A DNA stretch of 64,000 nt. Origin: Nageia nagi. Taxonomy: Eukaryota > Plantae > Pinophyta. Where the stretch lies: positions 1,426,001 to 1,490,000 of the forward strand of contig JBITNC010000002.1 in NCBI GenBank assembly GCA_050084985.1, read 5' to 3'. The notes below the pieces were generated by a model. That model ran no database searches. It was not told the DNA's origin and worked only from the letters and a program-made list of their open reading frames with translations. Shown here piece after piece: positions 25,357-37,559 of the stretch. Position 1 is the stretch's first letter. Every line of letters starts with the position of its first letter. A program made the translations under genes and the position numbers.

Positions 25357-26650
25357 GGATCTCTCTCTTCTCAATCTTCAACTACTGCAACAAACAACCC
25401 TTGGGTTTGTATCCTCTTCCTCCGTCGTGTGCCGGTCGACCTTTGGCCTATATCTACTGTCCCCTTCCGCGCCCGGCCTCCACGTGGCGCGCATCCACCC
25501 GAGGCGATAAAGCCGGGTTAAGCGAACCCAACTCAACCATAGTTGCAGCGTGGACCACACCTAATGCGCAGGCTGCAGCCTGTCATCCAACGTAAAGACG
25601 TGTGTTAGTCTTTGACGTCTTCCATTACCGCCGGCAAGCCGCAAACTTAAAAAACCGCCGGAGCCCGCCTCCATCGGTCGGTAGTGGTCACGTCAGATCA
25701 GGAGTCAACCTCTCGGCTCATTAAGGCGCTTTATTTCATGCGTTACGGTCGAAGCTTCACCCGCCTAATCCTCCGTCGTGAAGCCCCCAAGCTTTTTATC
25801 TTACAGGGACCTTTTCACCTTTTTCTATTGTCGTAACGTTCGACAAAAAAAGTCGCATTTTATGCCAGCGCGGGCCAAATCATGCTCGGAGTTGAAATAG
25901 GAGATAAAGGCGTTACGCTTTGACAAGCATTAAAAGTTGGGGGACCCCCTGGCAGTGCACCTCGGGGGCGGGGACGGGCTTTTCGCATATGACCACTCCC
26001 CAAGGCTGTTTGTCGCTCTGGCGATGTGATGTATTTCTTTCTGTTAGCCTTTGACCGACAACGTTGGCATCGAGGAAGCTTTTCAACATGTGACCACTCG
26101 CTTAGAAACTTCTTCGAGGTTAGAAGCCGGAAACACGGCTCTCGTGACGTGATATATTTGGGCTAAGGACAAGAGACACGTGAGAGAGAAGAGATCTCCA
26201 CCCGCCCTCTAATCCCTGCAGGATGTTATCGCGGAAGGGTGGGTCGGGTAGCATGCTAATTTGATCTGGAAGTAAAGGACAAGCGAACTGGGAGACGGAT
26301 CGTTCTCTACGAAGTGGGCCAAGGCATGGGATGGGACACCAAAGTTACGTTTTGCCTCTTCAGTATCCAATTAAAGACGAGTTCCGGTGGTTTTTGTATA
26401 AGCCATAAATACGGCGAAGGGATTCATTGGATAATCGTCAAGTGGTCGAAACGCGTCAAAATCATCCAATATTGACGCTGATGTGATACAGTACCTGTTA
26501 TGATTCAACAGAGTTTTTTACCCTGTTCTTTAGCAATCGACAAGGCTGACGAATTTGAACTCGAACTCATCTATAACTTTCTACTCCCATTTGCTCAATG
26601 AATATAATCGTTTGACTTGAATTATATCAACGCCATCGAATATGCCACAA
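25357..26650 (-). promoter_or_regulatory. CpG-rich 5' UTR/promoter of the PUB gene with clustered stress-type cis-element motifs
   Basis: G-boxes CACGTG 25481-25486 and 26177-26182; TGACGTG 25689-25695 (-); W-boxes TTGACY 25703-25708 (-), 26051-26056 and 26612-26617; DRE core ACCGAC 26054-26059; CGCG boxes near 25467, 25868 and 26451. Confidence 0.6.
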
Positions 26651-27207
26651 GTGTCGCACTATGAGTGGGCGGAGGAAGATAATGATGGTAGTCTTTTGAA
26701 TGGGTGGAGCAGAAGAGACTGATGTTGGGGGGATGGAATGATGAGGGTGGTGGAAGCAGAGGACGGCCATGCGAAGCAGGGGGAATGATGGAGTGGTGGT
26801 GGATGCTCTTCGAGAAGAGCTACGCAATTATTTGTCATCTGAATAATGGGAAGAGAATTCGATTATCTTTTGAAGAAGTGATGATGGTTTACTCAATTTC
26901 GGATTTCTTTCTTTTGAAAAATATGTTTTAATAAGTAAATAGCGTACGATCATTGTAAGGTCAACGGAATACAAATTACGGATTTCAGTACTGAATATTT
27001 TATTTATATTTCAGCTTCTATCTTTTAGTTGATAAATAATATATTTCAAATTACAGTTTTTTTTTAAGATTATGAAAATTGTTTTAATTACTTATATGTA
27101 AAATGAATTTAACATTGAAATTAAATTTTATATGGAAAAGGATAGATAATCTTTGTTAATATTAAGGTCAAAATTAAAAAATATAAAAATCATATTATAA
27201 AATAAAT

Positions 27208-27360
27208 TAGTTTTAATATCTTAAATGCATATTTTAAAATATCAAGAAGTATCAATCTCGATGTATTTATCTCTTTTTTTGGTAGAGTGATTTTAAGACA
27301 AACGTTTCAAGATTGATACCTTTCGATGTTTTACATATATATTTAAGATATCTAAGCTAG
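27208..27360. mobile_element. About 150-bp foldback/MITE-like hairpin
   Basis: ATATCTTAAAT..AAAATATCAAGAAGTATCAATCT paired with AGATTGATACCTTTCGATGTTTT..ATTTAAGATAT as an imperfect inverted repeat. Confidence 0.6.
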
Positions 27361-27416
27361 AATATATTCAAATAATAAAATTGAACTTTTAATATACTAA
27401 AACTTTAGATTTAAAT

Positions 27417-27663
27417 GAATTGATGGATAGGCGAGTTGGAGATGGGTAGTTGAAACTCTCGAGAAATAAGAGACCTAGGTTCAAGTCTCCTTGTTACTTG
27501 TTGAAACATACCAAAAATCCTATCGAGTTGATGGTAGGTGCGAATGAGGTTGGGATCATGCCTCGAGTGGATTTTGACGGTGTGGATTCCCCTCAGTCGT
27601 AGAATTTAATTCCACATATTTCTTCTTCCTACAAAGGGGGTGGCTTTCTCATAAATAAATTAA
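27417..27663 (+). mobile_element. tRNA-derived SINE
   Basis: B box GGTTCAAGTC near 27477; A-rich tail; 18-bp TSD AAAACTTTAGATTTAAAT (27399-27416) / AAAACTTTAAATTTAAAT (27664-27681). Confidence 0.85.
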
Positions 27664-27749
27664 AAAACTTTAAATTTAAATCATAAAAACAAATTAAAAC
27701 TTAATGTTTAATAGAAACTTTTAGTAATAGTAGTAGTAGTAGTAGTAGT

Positions 27750-28830
27750 ATCTCTCCTAGGTCCTTTACAACAAGCTATCTATTGAGAAAAGAAGTGAGC
27801 CTTTTTTGTTTCTTTTTCCTTGGTCTCTTCTTAGGTTGTTCTTACAAAGGTTCCTTAGGTGCAACATCTCCCTTATTTATGGATGTCTTAGAATCGAAAG
27901 ATACCCATCTACGATTATGGGCTTTACCAAGCATTTGATTTTTACCTATGTCAAAAGAGGAAATATGACTCAAGGTGTCAAACCAACTACAAGAGAGCTA
28001 GAAGAGGAAGACAAAAAAATGGTAGGAGGTGAGGGAGGGTCTACGATGAATGCAAAGGGAAGGAGGGGAAAAGTGGTGGAAGGAGGTGAAGATGGGTGAG
28101 GTGGGGAAGGAGGGGGAGAAGGAGAAGAGGGAGAGGAAGATTGTTGAGAGTAGGGGATTCAAAATGAGGGGGAGAATTAAGTTCCACTTGCTATAGGGGG
28201 ACCACAAATCTAGCTCCATGAGTAACATAGTTAACTAAAAAATTTATCAAACCTTAATGAATAGAGAGGCTACCCTTGGTCCTCCTAATGTAGATATCCA
28301 ACTAATGAAAGAAGAAGTGGGGGATATTTACCTCAAATCTACCTCGAAAGTAATAAAGCAAAATGAAATAATAGAAAAACATCTTTATATATCTTTCTTT
28401 TAGAGTGATTAGTTTCATGATTACCTTACCCACTTCATCCCACGAGTAGGGGAGAGTCTCAATTTTATACCCAAATTTTCTCTTTATTAAGGGTCCTAAA
28501 AATTCCTCACATCTACTTTGGTTGCTCTCATTTCCCTTGGATGTTTGAGACCTGGATTTCCCATTCCTATAGTAGTTGCAATTAGCTCTATATTGATCAC
28601 AAAGTGGGTGCCATCTACGATCACCCTTTCGTCATCCCATTAGTTTGCAACCTACCTAGACTAGCTTTCATTGGAGCCCTGCAACATTTCAATGAAGCCT
28701 TTGATTCCTCCTTCACATAAGATTTTCCATATAGTCTCATCTTCCTTGAATATGTCACCATTTTCCAACTTAAGTCATTTTTGGCCCATCTTTTTGTAAT
28801 GAATTTTGCTAAAACCACTATGCAAGGTAA
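27750..28830 (-). pseudogene. Decayed TE-associated ORF, probably an LTR-retrotransposon accessory ORF
   Basis: Minus-strand translation GFIEMLQGSNE..VIVDGTHFVINIELIATTIGM with stops, followed by a Pro/Ser-rich tract. Confidence 0.35.
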
Positions 28831-29262
28831 CTTTTAAACTTATTGTAGTAGATATGTACATGCACTACCTTGTTTGGTCAATTTTGAAATCTTAATATAG
28901 ACATTTAAATTCACTATTTTACTACAAAATTTAGCATTAATTCAACTATGATTATGTACTTTATTTGATAACTGCTAAATAAACTCAAATTTAGCTAAAA
29001 GAGGCATTTTTTAACTATCATATCCTACTTACACACTATAGAATATTATGCACAAAATTAACTTTAGATTCTCTCTCATTTTAACTTTAGATTCCCTCAT
29101 GTTTTAAAAATAATTATTTTGAACATTTGTAGTTGACTAAGTCCCCTCTAAATCCAAATTTAAAAATATATAACATCTCTAAAGCACAAACATAAACAAT
29201 AAGCTTAATAATTTTACTATGCATCTTAATTCTTCTAGAAATAAGCATTTAAATACTTAAAT

Positions 29263-30293
29263 GGGTGAAAGCAAGAAGTTGAGTCCACTTAAAAAGGAAG
29301 TGGAGGAAAATCGATAAAGTTAAAATTCGATGTCCAAAAAATCGGGATATCGATTTAGGATCGAGATCCTAATAAATATCAAGATCCCGATATTTAAAAC
29401 TAAAATACATGCATTTTTTTAAAATTAAATATCGGGATCTTGATATTTGAATCTTTGATTTTGTCTCAATTTTAGGCTCGAAAAAGGCTTGGTGAGCCAA
29501 CACTTAACCTTGGACCTACAAGTATGTGTTCATGATAATGTTCATGGAAAATCTCGACTTCAGAAATACGTTTGATGGATTTTTTGTAGAATTTTTTCAT
29601 GAAATTAAAACCCAATATAGAATAAAAAGTGTAGATTTCAATATACAATGTTTTTACAATTGGATAAGATTTTATATTTTTCAATTTTTTTTAGTAAAAG
29701 TGATCCATATACTTGAAATATGGTCTCGTATTTTATTAATATTTTTTTTGAGAGTTATGAAAAACAAAATTATATAAGGACAAGCTTTAGAGAATTTTCT
29801 ATACAAATAAAAAAAATTGAAAAAAGATTAAGTTTAGATCAAATTATGCATGACAAAAACTAGTACTTTTCGAAACCACAAATATGCCCAATACAAAATT
29901 AATAAAAAAAATTGATGAAAAAATTATGGAAAAATATTCAAGACAAGCTTTAATGTCTTAAGTATCTATGCCTAAAAGGGTTTAAAAAAATACCTTGATC
30001 TTATTCAAATTATGCATGACGAACACATGCATGGTATGGTCCAAAAGAGGTCTTTTTTAAGAAGTGGTTTTACTTCATCCTATCGAATTTTCATTTTTAT
30101 GATTTGGGTATTGGAATAAATTATATATTTGAAAACTAGACTCTGAGCACTACATTTTCATCTCAGTAACTTTTTTCATGATTCTATGTTCAAGTGTTTC
30201 AAATTTTGAGATCAATCGTGCCCAAACTTGAAAATCAAGAAAAATACTTCCACTTTTTGGCCTTAAAGTGGACTCAACTTCTTGCACCCACCC
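29263..30293. mobile_element. About 1.03-kb non-autonomous TIR element with GGG..CCC termini and a 4-bp TSD (Sola-like)
   Basis: TIR GGGTGAAAGCAAGAAGTTGAGTCCACTT / AAGTGGACTCAACTTCTTGCACCCACCC; flanks AAAT (29259-29262) and AAAT (30294-30297). Confidence 0.85.
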
Positions 30294-30539
30294 AAATGAT
30301 ATATACTTATTCAAAATAAGCTTAACGATTTTTATTATACATCTTGATTTTTGTACAATCAAACTCTAAATACATAAATGATATATATATTAATCTAGAT
30401 AGGTTTAAAGGATGTTAAAGGAAAAAATTCATATCTCATTTATAGTTATCAATATTATCATTGGCATAAATTTTCATTCAAAATTTGAAATTTTATATTA
30501 ATATCCATGGATGACCAATAAAGTGGTCAATGGAACTAT

Positions 30540-31739
30540 AGAAAAATACACATACAAAGAGCAAGGAAGGGCCTAGAGATACTCCAATATGTAATAATGA
30601 TAAGTTAACAAAGAAAATACCAAATATAACAGGTTTGATTGAGGCATAAAGTATACATATAAAGAGTTAAGGGACTCCAACATTTGAGTTCGAAAAGAAG
30701 TTCATGATGTTGCAACTAGAGGAAGTACCCCTAGTAGATTTTAGTAGTAAGCTATCAATGAGTAGCCCTTCCAAAGTCCCTAGGGACCATGTTCCACTTT
30801 TGATCTATAGCTTCATATGGTTGAAACAAATGTTATAAGCCTAGAACACATGTTGTTTGATCTATCAATAATCACTTTTTATATTTGCAAGTTGGCTTCT
30901 CTTATATAGAGTGTGATATATTTTTGGTATTTGTAATTCATCCATGATTTCAAAGTGAGGGAATCTCTAAATAAGAAATGAAACCAACCTCAAATTTCAT
31001 TGTAGATGGGGAATATAAATATGAAATTCTCTTCAATCTCTAGTTCCATGTTGCATAGTCTCTATATACTCTAGTCTTTAAGGACATGATGGTATGCCTT
31101 GATACGAAGCTTATGTGAGCAAATTCTTACCTGACTAAGAGGGAATAAGAGACCATGTTACAAATATAGTTTGATGGAGTCATGGATGATAATAGCACCA
31201 TTATCCAATTTCATGTAAACCTAAAGATAATGTAAGAGCTTTTTCAAAAGCAATTTTCTCGGTTCAATCCAAGTTATCCTAAGGTAAACTGAGTAGAATT
31301 CCTTCTTGATACTTCTGTTGATATTTCTAGTAGAAGCATTCAAGATCTTGATATCTCTAGTAGAGGATTAGGGGTCATGTATAAGAGTTGAGAGGGAGGA
31401 AATCTTTCAATATATAGGCCTATGGATTGCAAGAGAGATGTGGAGGTTGAATACTAACACCAATGAATGTCTTTACTTGCAAGTTGCATTAAGGATTTAA
31501 GCACTAAGCAACGATATCTCTTCAAGTCAAGAATTATTGGAATCATGTGACGGATCTTATTCAAAAGCCCTAAAGCTTTGGAGGAATTAAACATTTGTTA
31601 AAATATTCATAACTTTTAATCTAAAAGGGACAAGGTATGAAATGAATTATGGCAATACTTTATATTGTTTATGCATGTCAATATGATCCTATGGAGTAGT
31701 ATATCAAAAGTTTTATATTTTTATTTTAAGAATATCCAT
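30540..31739 (-). mobile_element. 3' portion of an RTE-X-like LINE; continues briefly after 38811
   Basis: LSQVRICSHKLRIK (AQLRxSSHxLxIE-type motif) near 31100-31140; a KYLG-like motif is split by the 31740-38811 insertion; TATG-repeat tail. Confidence 0.65.
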
Positions 31740-32156
31740 TGTAGCCTTAAAATAATGATTTACAATAAATAAATACAGTAAATAAAGAGCTACAATATAT
31801 AGGTGCAATACACTTATCAAAGCTATTTTGAATAATACAAAGAAAGTGTGCACCTAATAGAGAGAAGAGTGAAAAAATCCTCAATACTGGGAATAATGTA
31901 CAAATGATTGGATTAGATATGAGATAAAGCTCATGATGAATATTCAATGATCCATATCTATGTTCTAGATCATAAAGTGGAATAGTATGGATGTCATGTT
32001 CATAGTCCTCTCACACCCACATGTTGTTTGTTAAGAAGGATGAAAGCAAATAAAGATGATATCATGTAACATAAGCTCAAAGCATAACAAAATATTCAGA
32101 TAGATGGCATTGAGAGACACCGTTAGTATACTATGATGTATGGAAAACCACCTATA

Positions 32157-35100
32157 TATTGGAACTTGAGCTCAATCGAAGAATATTCAAAGTTGAAGAT
32201 CAAACCAATTCTCTATCAAGTAAACTTGCTCATCAAATCAATCATCTCTGAGAAGCCATAATTTTTTGTAGAGACATCCAATTGAGATTATTATTTCTGC
32301 ATTAGATATTCCTCAATGATACCTTTCCAGCAATTATAAGCACACCTACCTTTTTTAAAGGTTTGACCATCATCTTGTTTATTTTACTACAAATTGTCCA
32401 GTTTCTACATTTCATACCAAATGTGATCGTGTTTTTCAAACGCAATTGCATCCTAAATTTAGCATGTATGGGTTGTTATTTTTAATCCAAGATTAGATTT
32501 AGGAGTTGCTATTTTGAGTGTTTATTTCTAGCATGTCAAGTTAATTTTAAGACTTTAGATCTATGCTTTTTCAAGAGTTGATTGTAACAAGTTGTGATTA
32601 TCCAACTTGAGTCTATTTTTTATTGAGTCTATATTTAGGATTATCCAAATCCTATATATGTATGTAAATATTTTGTTTTTAATCAATGAAAGTAATATTC
32701 TACTTCTCATTGTGGTATCAGATCTTAGTTGTAATATCAGAGCTTAGGGAAAGTTATTGGGTTTGAATTTTTGTGGATACATTGTGAAGAATTTATTAAA
32801 TTCTTGCCTAGATTGTGATCCCAAGTTTTGTTGTGTTAAGCATTGCAATAATGGATGCAAACAACAAACTTTCTACCCATTAAAGAGATGAGTGTGAAGA
32901 TTTATTAAATATTTCCATAAAGAAATTATTTATTGACATAATGGCCACCATGTATGAAAACTTGGAGGTGCCTATATTTTATGGTGATGATTATGCTTAC
33001 TAGAGCATAAGGATGAAGACATTATTGATAGCTAAATATATTTTGAGCATCATTGTTGAAAGCTATGAAGAACCACCAAATTGAAGCATGCTTAGAGAAG
33101 AAGAAAAGAAGTTGAAGAAAAGAGAGCAATATAAAAATTGCTTAGCTCTCATGGACTTAAAGAGAATGTTTTCCCTCTCATTGCTAGCTTTAAGAAATTT
33201 GCACATGCATGAAAAATATTGCAAGAAGTTTATGGAAACTCTTGTGTACTAGTATATGGCAATCATGAATATTGTATGAGCAAGGAGGAGCCTTATTCCT
33301 TTGAATATCCTTTTGGAAACTCTTATGAAAGACTCATGTGAAGAGCCTTGTGAGCTTAGTGTGATTCTTGTTGTAGGAGATATATCTTATGAGAAAGGCA
33401 TATACAGTTATAAAGATATATTCTTCCTTGAAGAGGAAGAAATGTATGAAGAAGAGCCTTGTGTGGAAGCTTGTAAAACTCTCATGGAAAAGAGTAATGT
33501 TGATAAATTGCTTCTTGAAGAAAAGAGAGAAGATATGAGTGTGGCATGTTTTAAAAATATGCACATTGAAGAAGATCTCATCAAAGATACATATATTCAG
33601 CATGTAGTGGAGAAAATATCATCTCAACCCTTTCCTGATGAGTGCTTCATGGAAGAAGCATAAAATCAAAGATTTAATGAAGCCATTATAATGAAAGAGA
33701 ATGATGAAAAGCTAACTCCACATTGTTGGCATGTTGAAGACCAACCATGGCAATATGATGAAAATTATCTCATGGAGGAGAGATAAGACTAAAATTTGAA
33801 GATGGAGCATGTCTCATAGAGGAAGTTTCAAAACAGAAATTTGAAGGAGATTCATACTATGATTACACACAAAATTATCATGGGGGAGAATGATGAAAAC
33901 AAGAAGCCAATATTTTACCATCATTGGCTTGTTTATGTTGAATTAAAGATTGCTTTAGTGAAAAATCAAATGGAAGATGAATTTCTTGGCAAAACAAAAT
34001 TGCAAGAAGAAGAAGATACGCTCATGGAAGAGTGTTGATATTTAGTTGCAACCTACTTAGATGAAGTGGAAGATCATTCGTATGGAATGGTATATTGTGA
34101 AGACCACTCGCATGGAGTGGATGCAAATGAAACTTACTCATTTAGAGTGAATGATGCTTGTCTTGGGAAGACAAATACTATGTAGGATGTTGATCCATAT
34201 TAAAAGATTGATGAAGATGAGATGAAAATTATAAGTTTCATATTCAATTGTGAAGATCACTCATCAAGAGTGAAGGATATGTTGTGTGAAGAAAAAAGCA
34301 CAAATACTATCTAAAGGGGAAGATAGAAAATGGTGAGATAATCATTGACAATTTTCATGTTGTGATGGCAATGTAACCATCAATAAACAAAGATGAAATT
34401 CACTCACATGGAGTGACTAAGAGTTGTCTTGAAGAGACACCATTATGTGAAAAGGTACCATAGAGGTATCTTACTTTGGATGAAGAGATGGTTGCTTATG
34501 AAGCAATAACAAAAGAAAGATGGACACCTACTTAAGAGATCATCATTGGAGGTGATAAATACTTACTATTTTATTTGTATACTACTTATTTGATTAGATG
34601 TTTTGTAGACATTTCTAATATTGCCATTGAAGAAGATGGAAAATATATTTCCAAGACACCATTCCAAAGGAAAATCAAATTTGATGATTGTCTTATGGAG
34701 ACAACCTTGAAGAAGACTTTTCTTGGAGTGAAGACAAATTTTGACAGCTTGGTTCACTTGGACTCAAATGATATGTTTAAATTTCCTTAGGAGAAATAGT
34801 CATGTATTGTAATAAAGCATGAAACTTTGTATGAGGAGCAGCACTTAGTTGTATATGTAATCGGTCATTATATGACCATATTTGTGATGATTTGTTATGT
34901 GGAGATATGTGAGATAGTTGTATAATTTAATCATCTATGTGAGATGATTAATTATTGTAAAAATACCACTTGGGAATAAAGGTATACAAATGTAAAAAAA
35001 GATGAGTAAGAATCGTTGATGAGAACCATTACTATTGGCATTGATAGAATATCAATCCAGGAAGATGTTGATGAAGGGGAGTAGCTCATCAAAAGGAGGC

Positions 35101-35863
35101 ACTCAGTTATTTGCAATAAGAAGCAACATCAAAGATGGAGGATATACCACAACAAAGGTGGAAGGAGTGCCAAAATGAAATTTTTTGTTCTTTAACTTTT
35201 TGATGAAATATTGGACGAAATGAAAAACATTAAGTTTCTTCCAATTTTATGATGCTTCTAAACTTATGGAAGAGTCCGTTCGGTATAAAGGCGGAGAATG
35301 TTGGACCTTGAGCTCAATTGAAGGCCGTTCGAAGTTGAAGGTCAAACCAATTCTCTACCAACTAGACTTTCTCAATAGATCAATCATCTTTAAGAAGGTA
35401 TAAATTTTTATAGAGACATCTAATTGAGCTAATTATTTTTGTATTGGATAGTACTCAATGACACCTTTCCAACGAGTATACGCATACCTACCTTTGTTGA
35501 AGGTTTGATCATCATCTTGGTCATTTTCCTACAAATTGTCTAGTATTTACATTTCATACCAAACATGACCACATTTTAAAAGAATGCTTGCACACCTAAA
35601 TTTAGCATGTGCAGGTTGTTTTTTCTCCCAATTTAGATTTAGAAGTTGTTATTTTGAGTGTTTGTTTTATCTAGTTTATGTCTAGTATGTTAGACTAATT
35701 TTAGGACTTCTAGATATATGCTTTTTCAAGATTGGATTGTAACAAGTAGTGATTATCCAACTTGAGTCTATTTTTAGTTGCGTCTATATTTAGGATTATC
35801 CAATCCTATATATTTATGTAAAGATTTTATTTTTAATAAATGAAAGTAAAATTCTACTTCTCA
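32157..35863 (+). mobile_element. Non-autonomous Copia derivative (LTR-PBS x2-gag N-terminus-acidic region-PPT-LTR) nested in an LTR
   Basis: LTRs 32157-32709 and 35299-35863; TSD CTATA/CTATC; PBS TGGTATCAGA at 32713; PPT AAAGGCGGAGAA; gag start MATMYENLEVPIFYGDDYAY*SIRMKTLL at 32941; no pol motifs. Confidence 0.9.
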
Positions 35864-37559
35864 CTATCAAAGAGATTTGTAAATAATATCAACCTAAATG
35901 TCTCCATTCATACATGCAAGGAAATAGAAGGGAGTGAAAGTCGACTTATAGAATATAATCTTTGTAATATCAAGACATTTTTAGATATAATCATGATTAA
36001 AGATAAAGCTTTGAACTTAGCATATGATATAACATCTAGATAGCACATTAGCCTTGATTTATGTAATATTGTTATTTATTATTTTGAGATGTCTAAATAT
36101 GATTTATTAATTAATAAAAAATCATTTTTAGGTGTCTACATTTTACCTCTCTTTGGATATGAAATAAAAAATAGTTTAAAATTGCATAATCCAAAGAAAC
36201 AAAGAGAAATATGAAAAATTTGCAATGGTAAAGAGCACTTCCCTAAAATATTTCTATGCTTGAGTATGATAGCTTATTGCCTCCCTTTTGGGTTTGGTTA
36301 TCCCAAGGAATTTTCCTATGGGGGAACCAAGCCAAAAGTTGCATCTTTTTACTGGAGGATTGACCATGCCTTTACTCTCTAATATGGTGAAGATGAATTT
36401 GTGGAAAAAAATAAGATAATATTCACATAGATTACATTGTTTAAAAGAATAAACATGTAGTAGCAAAGATGGAAGAGATAGAACACATTGAATTGGACCA
36501 TTGTCTTTGTAGTTGATGGTATATTTATAATTTTGTTGGTGCCTCAAAATAAATGGGATTAAAGAATGCCCCAAAGTTGTGAAATCAATTTAGATTCATA
36601 GAATTGCCTATGACATGTAGAATTTGACAAAGTTGCTCATGGTTGAGCCATAGCCCTTTGAAAAATTTATGAGTAGAAAATGTATTCGATACAACACATT
36701 TGTAATGCCATATTTTTCAATATATGAAGTGGTCTTAATTTTGAAAATAACTAATATTCGATATATTATTTGGTCTGAATAGCATGAACACCTTAGTAGC
36801 AGAACAGGCACAACGATAACGCTCTTAATTTCATAATTTTTTTAGAAGTCTTTTGAGAATACATGCTTGATAATCTTTAATATAATTTAAAATTTATCTA
36901 GGTAATACAAATGTGTGTTGAATGCATGAACAGTTGAAAAGTCAAAAAAGGGCATGTGTTCCCTAAAATTAGGATTTTTAAGTTTTAATAAAATGAAAAA
37001 GCAAATCAAATTATAGCTCATTTGTTCATTTTGACTTGGGAGCTTACCTGTCACTTGCGAAGGAGATTTGGTACCTTGGAGTTGAGTTAGTGAATTCCGA
37101 CTAAATATCCTCTACAAAGTTGATTATTGTGAGCATTTTAGATAGCATAACTTCAAGTTTGGTGGATCCACAATGGTAGACCAAGCAGAACCAGCATGGA
37201 GGATGATGGAACAACCCTTGGTGTGATGATAGGGTTATATTGTGGAGCTTTTTCACACATCACTTACTCACCATGTCGTGAGTCGATTTGTTTCTTCATT
37301 TTTTACAAATTTATGTCTTTATTCCTCGAATTTTTGTTAGATTTGCACATACATATTTGAATTTTCTTTATTATGTTTAATTTAGTTCACCTTGTTTACA
37401 AAACCATAAATCCTTATGACATAGTCATTCATATTTGGATGCAATTCTCCTTAAAAATGTTATTTTGAATTATTTGCTCTACTTTATTTTTGAATTTTGG
37501 TAGATTAACACATTTGTGTGATTTTTTGTATATTGCAAGCATGAAAGAAGTTGATAAAG

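Noticed and set aside
25357-25374. 696-aa version of the PUB ORF beginning MRRERS
   Set aside because: It starts at a TTG. The first ATG is at 25356 in a good context, and the extra codons lie in a GA-rich leader.
23711-25595. Several overlapping or antisense ORFs over the PUB gene (e.g. 23993-24397, 24635-25099)
   Set aside because: Expected shadows of a GC-rich coding strand; no recognisable domains
26627-26931. 66-75-aa ORFs upstream of PUB as small peptides or uORFs
   Set aside because: They arise from a purine/pyrimidine-skewed tract and show no recognisable peptide-family motif
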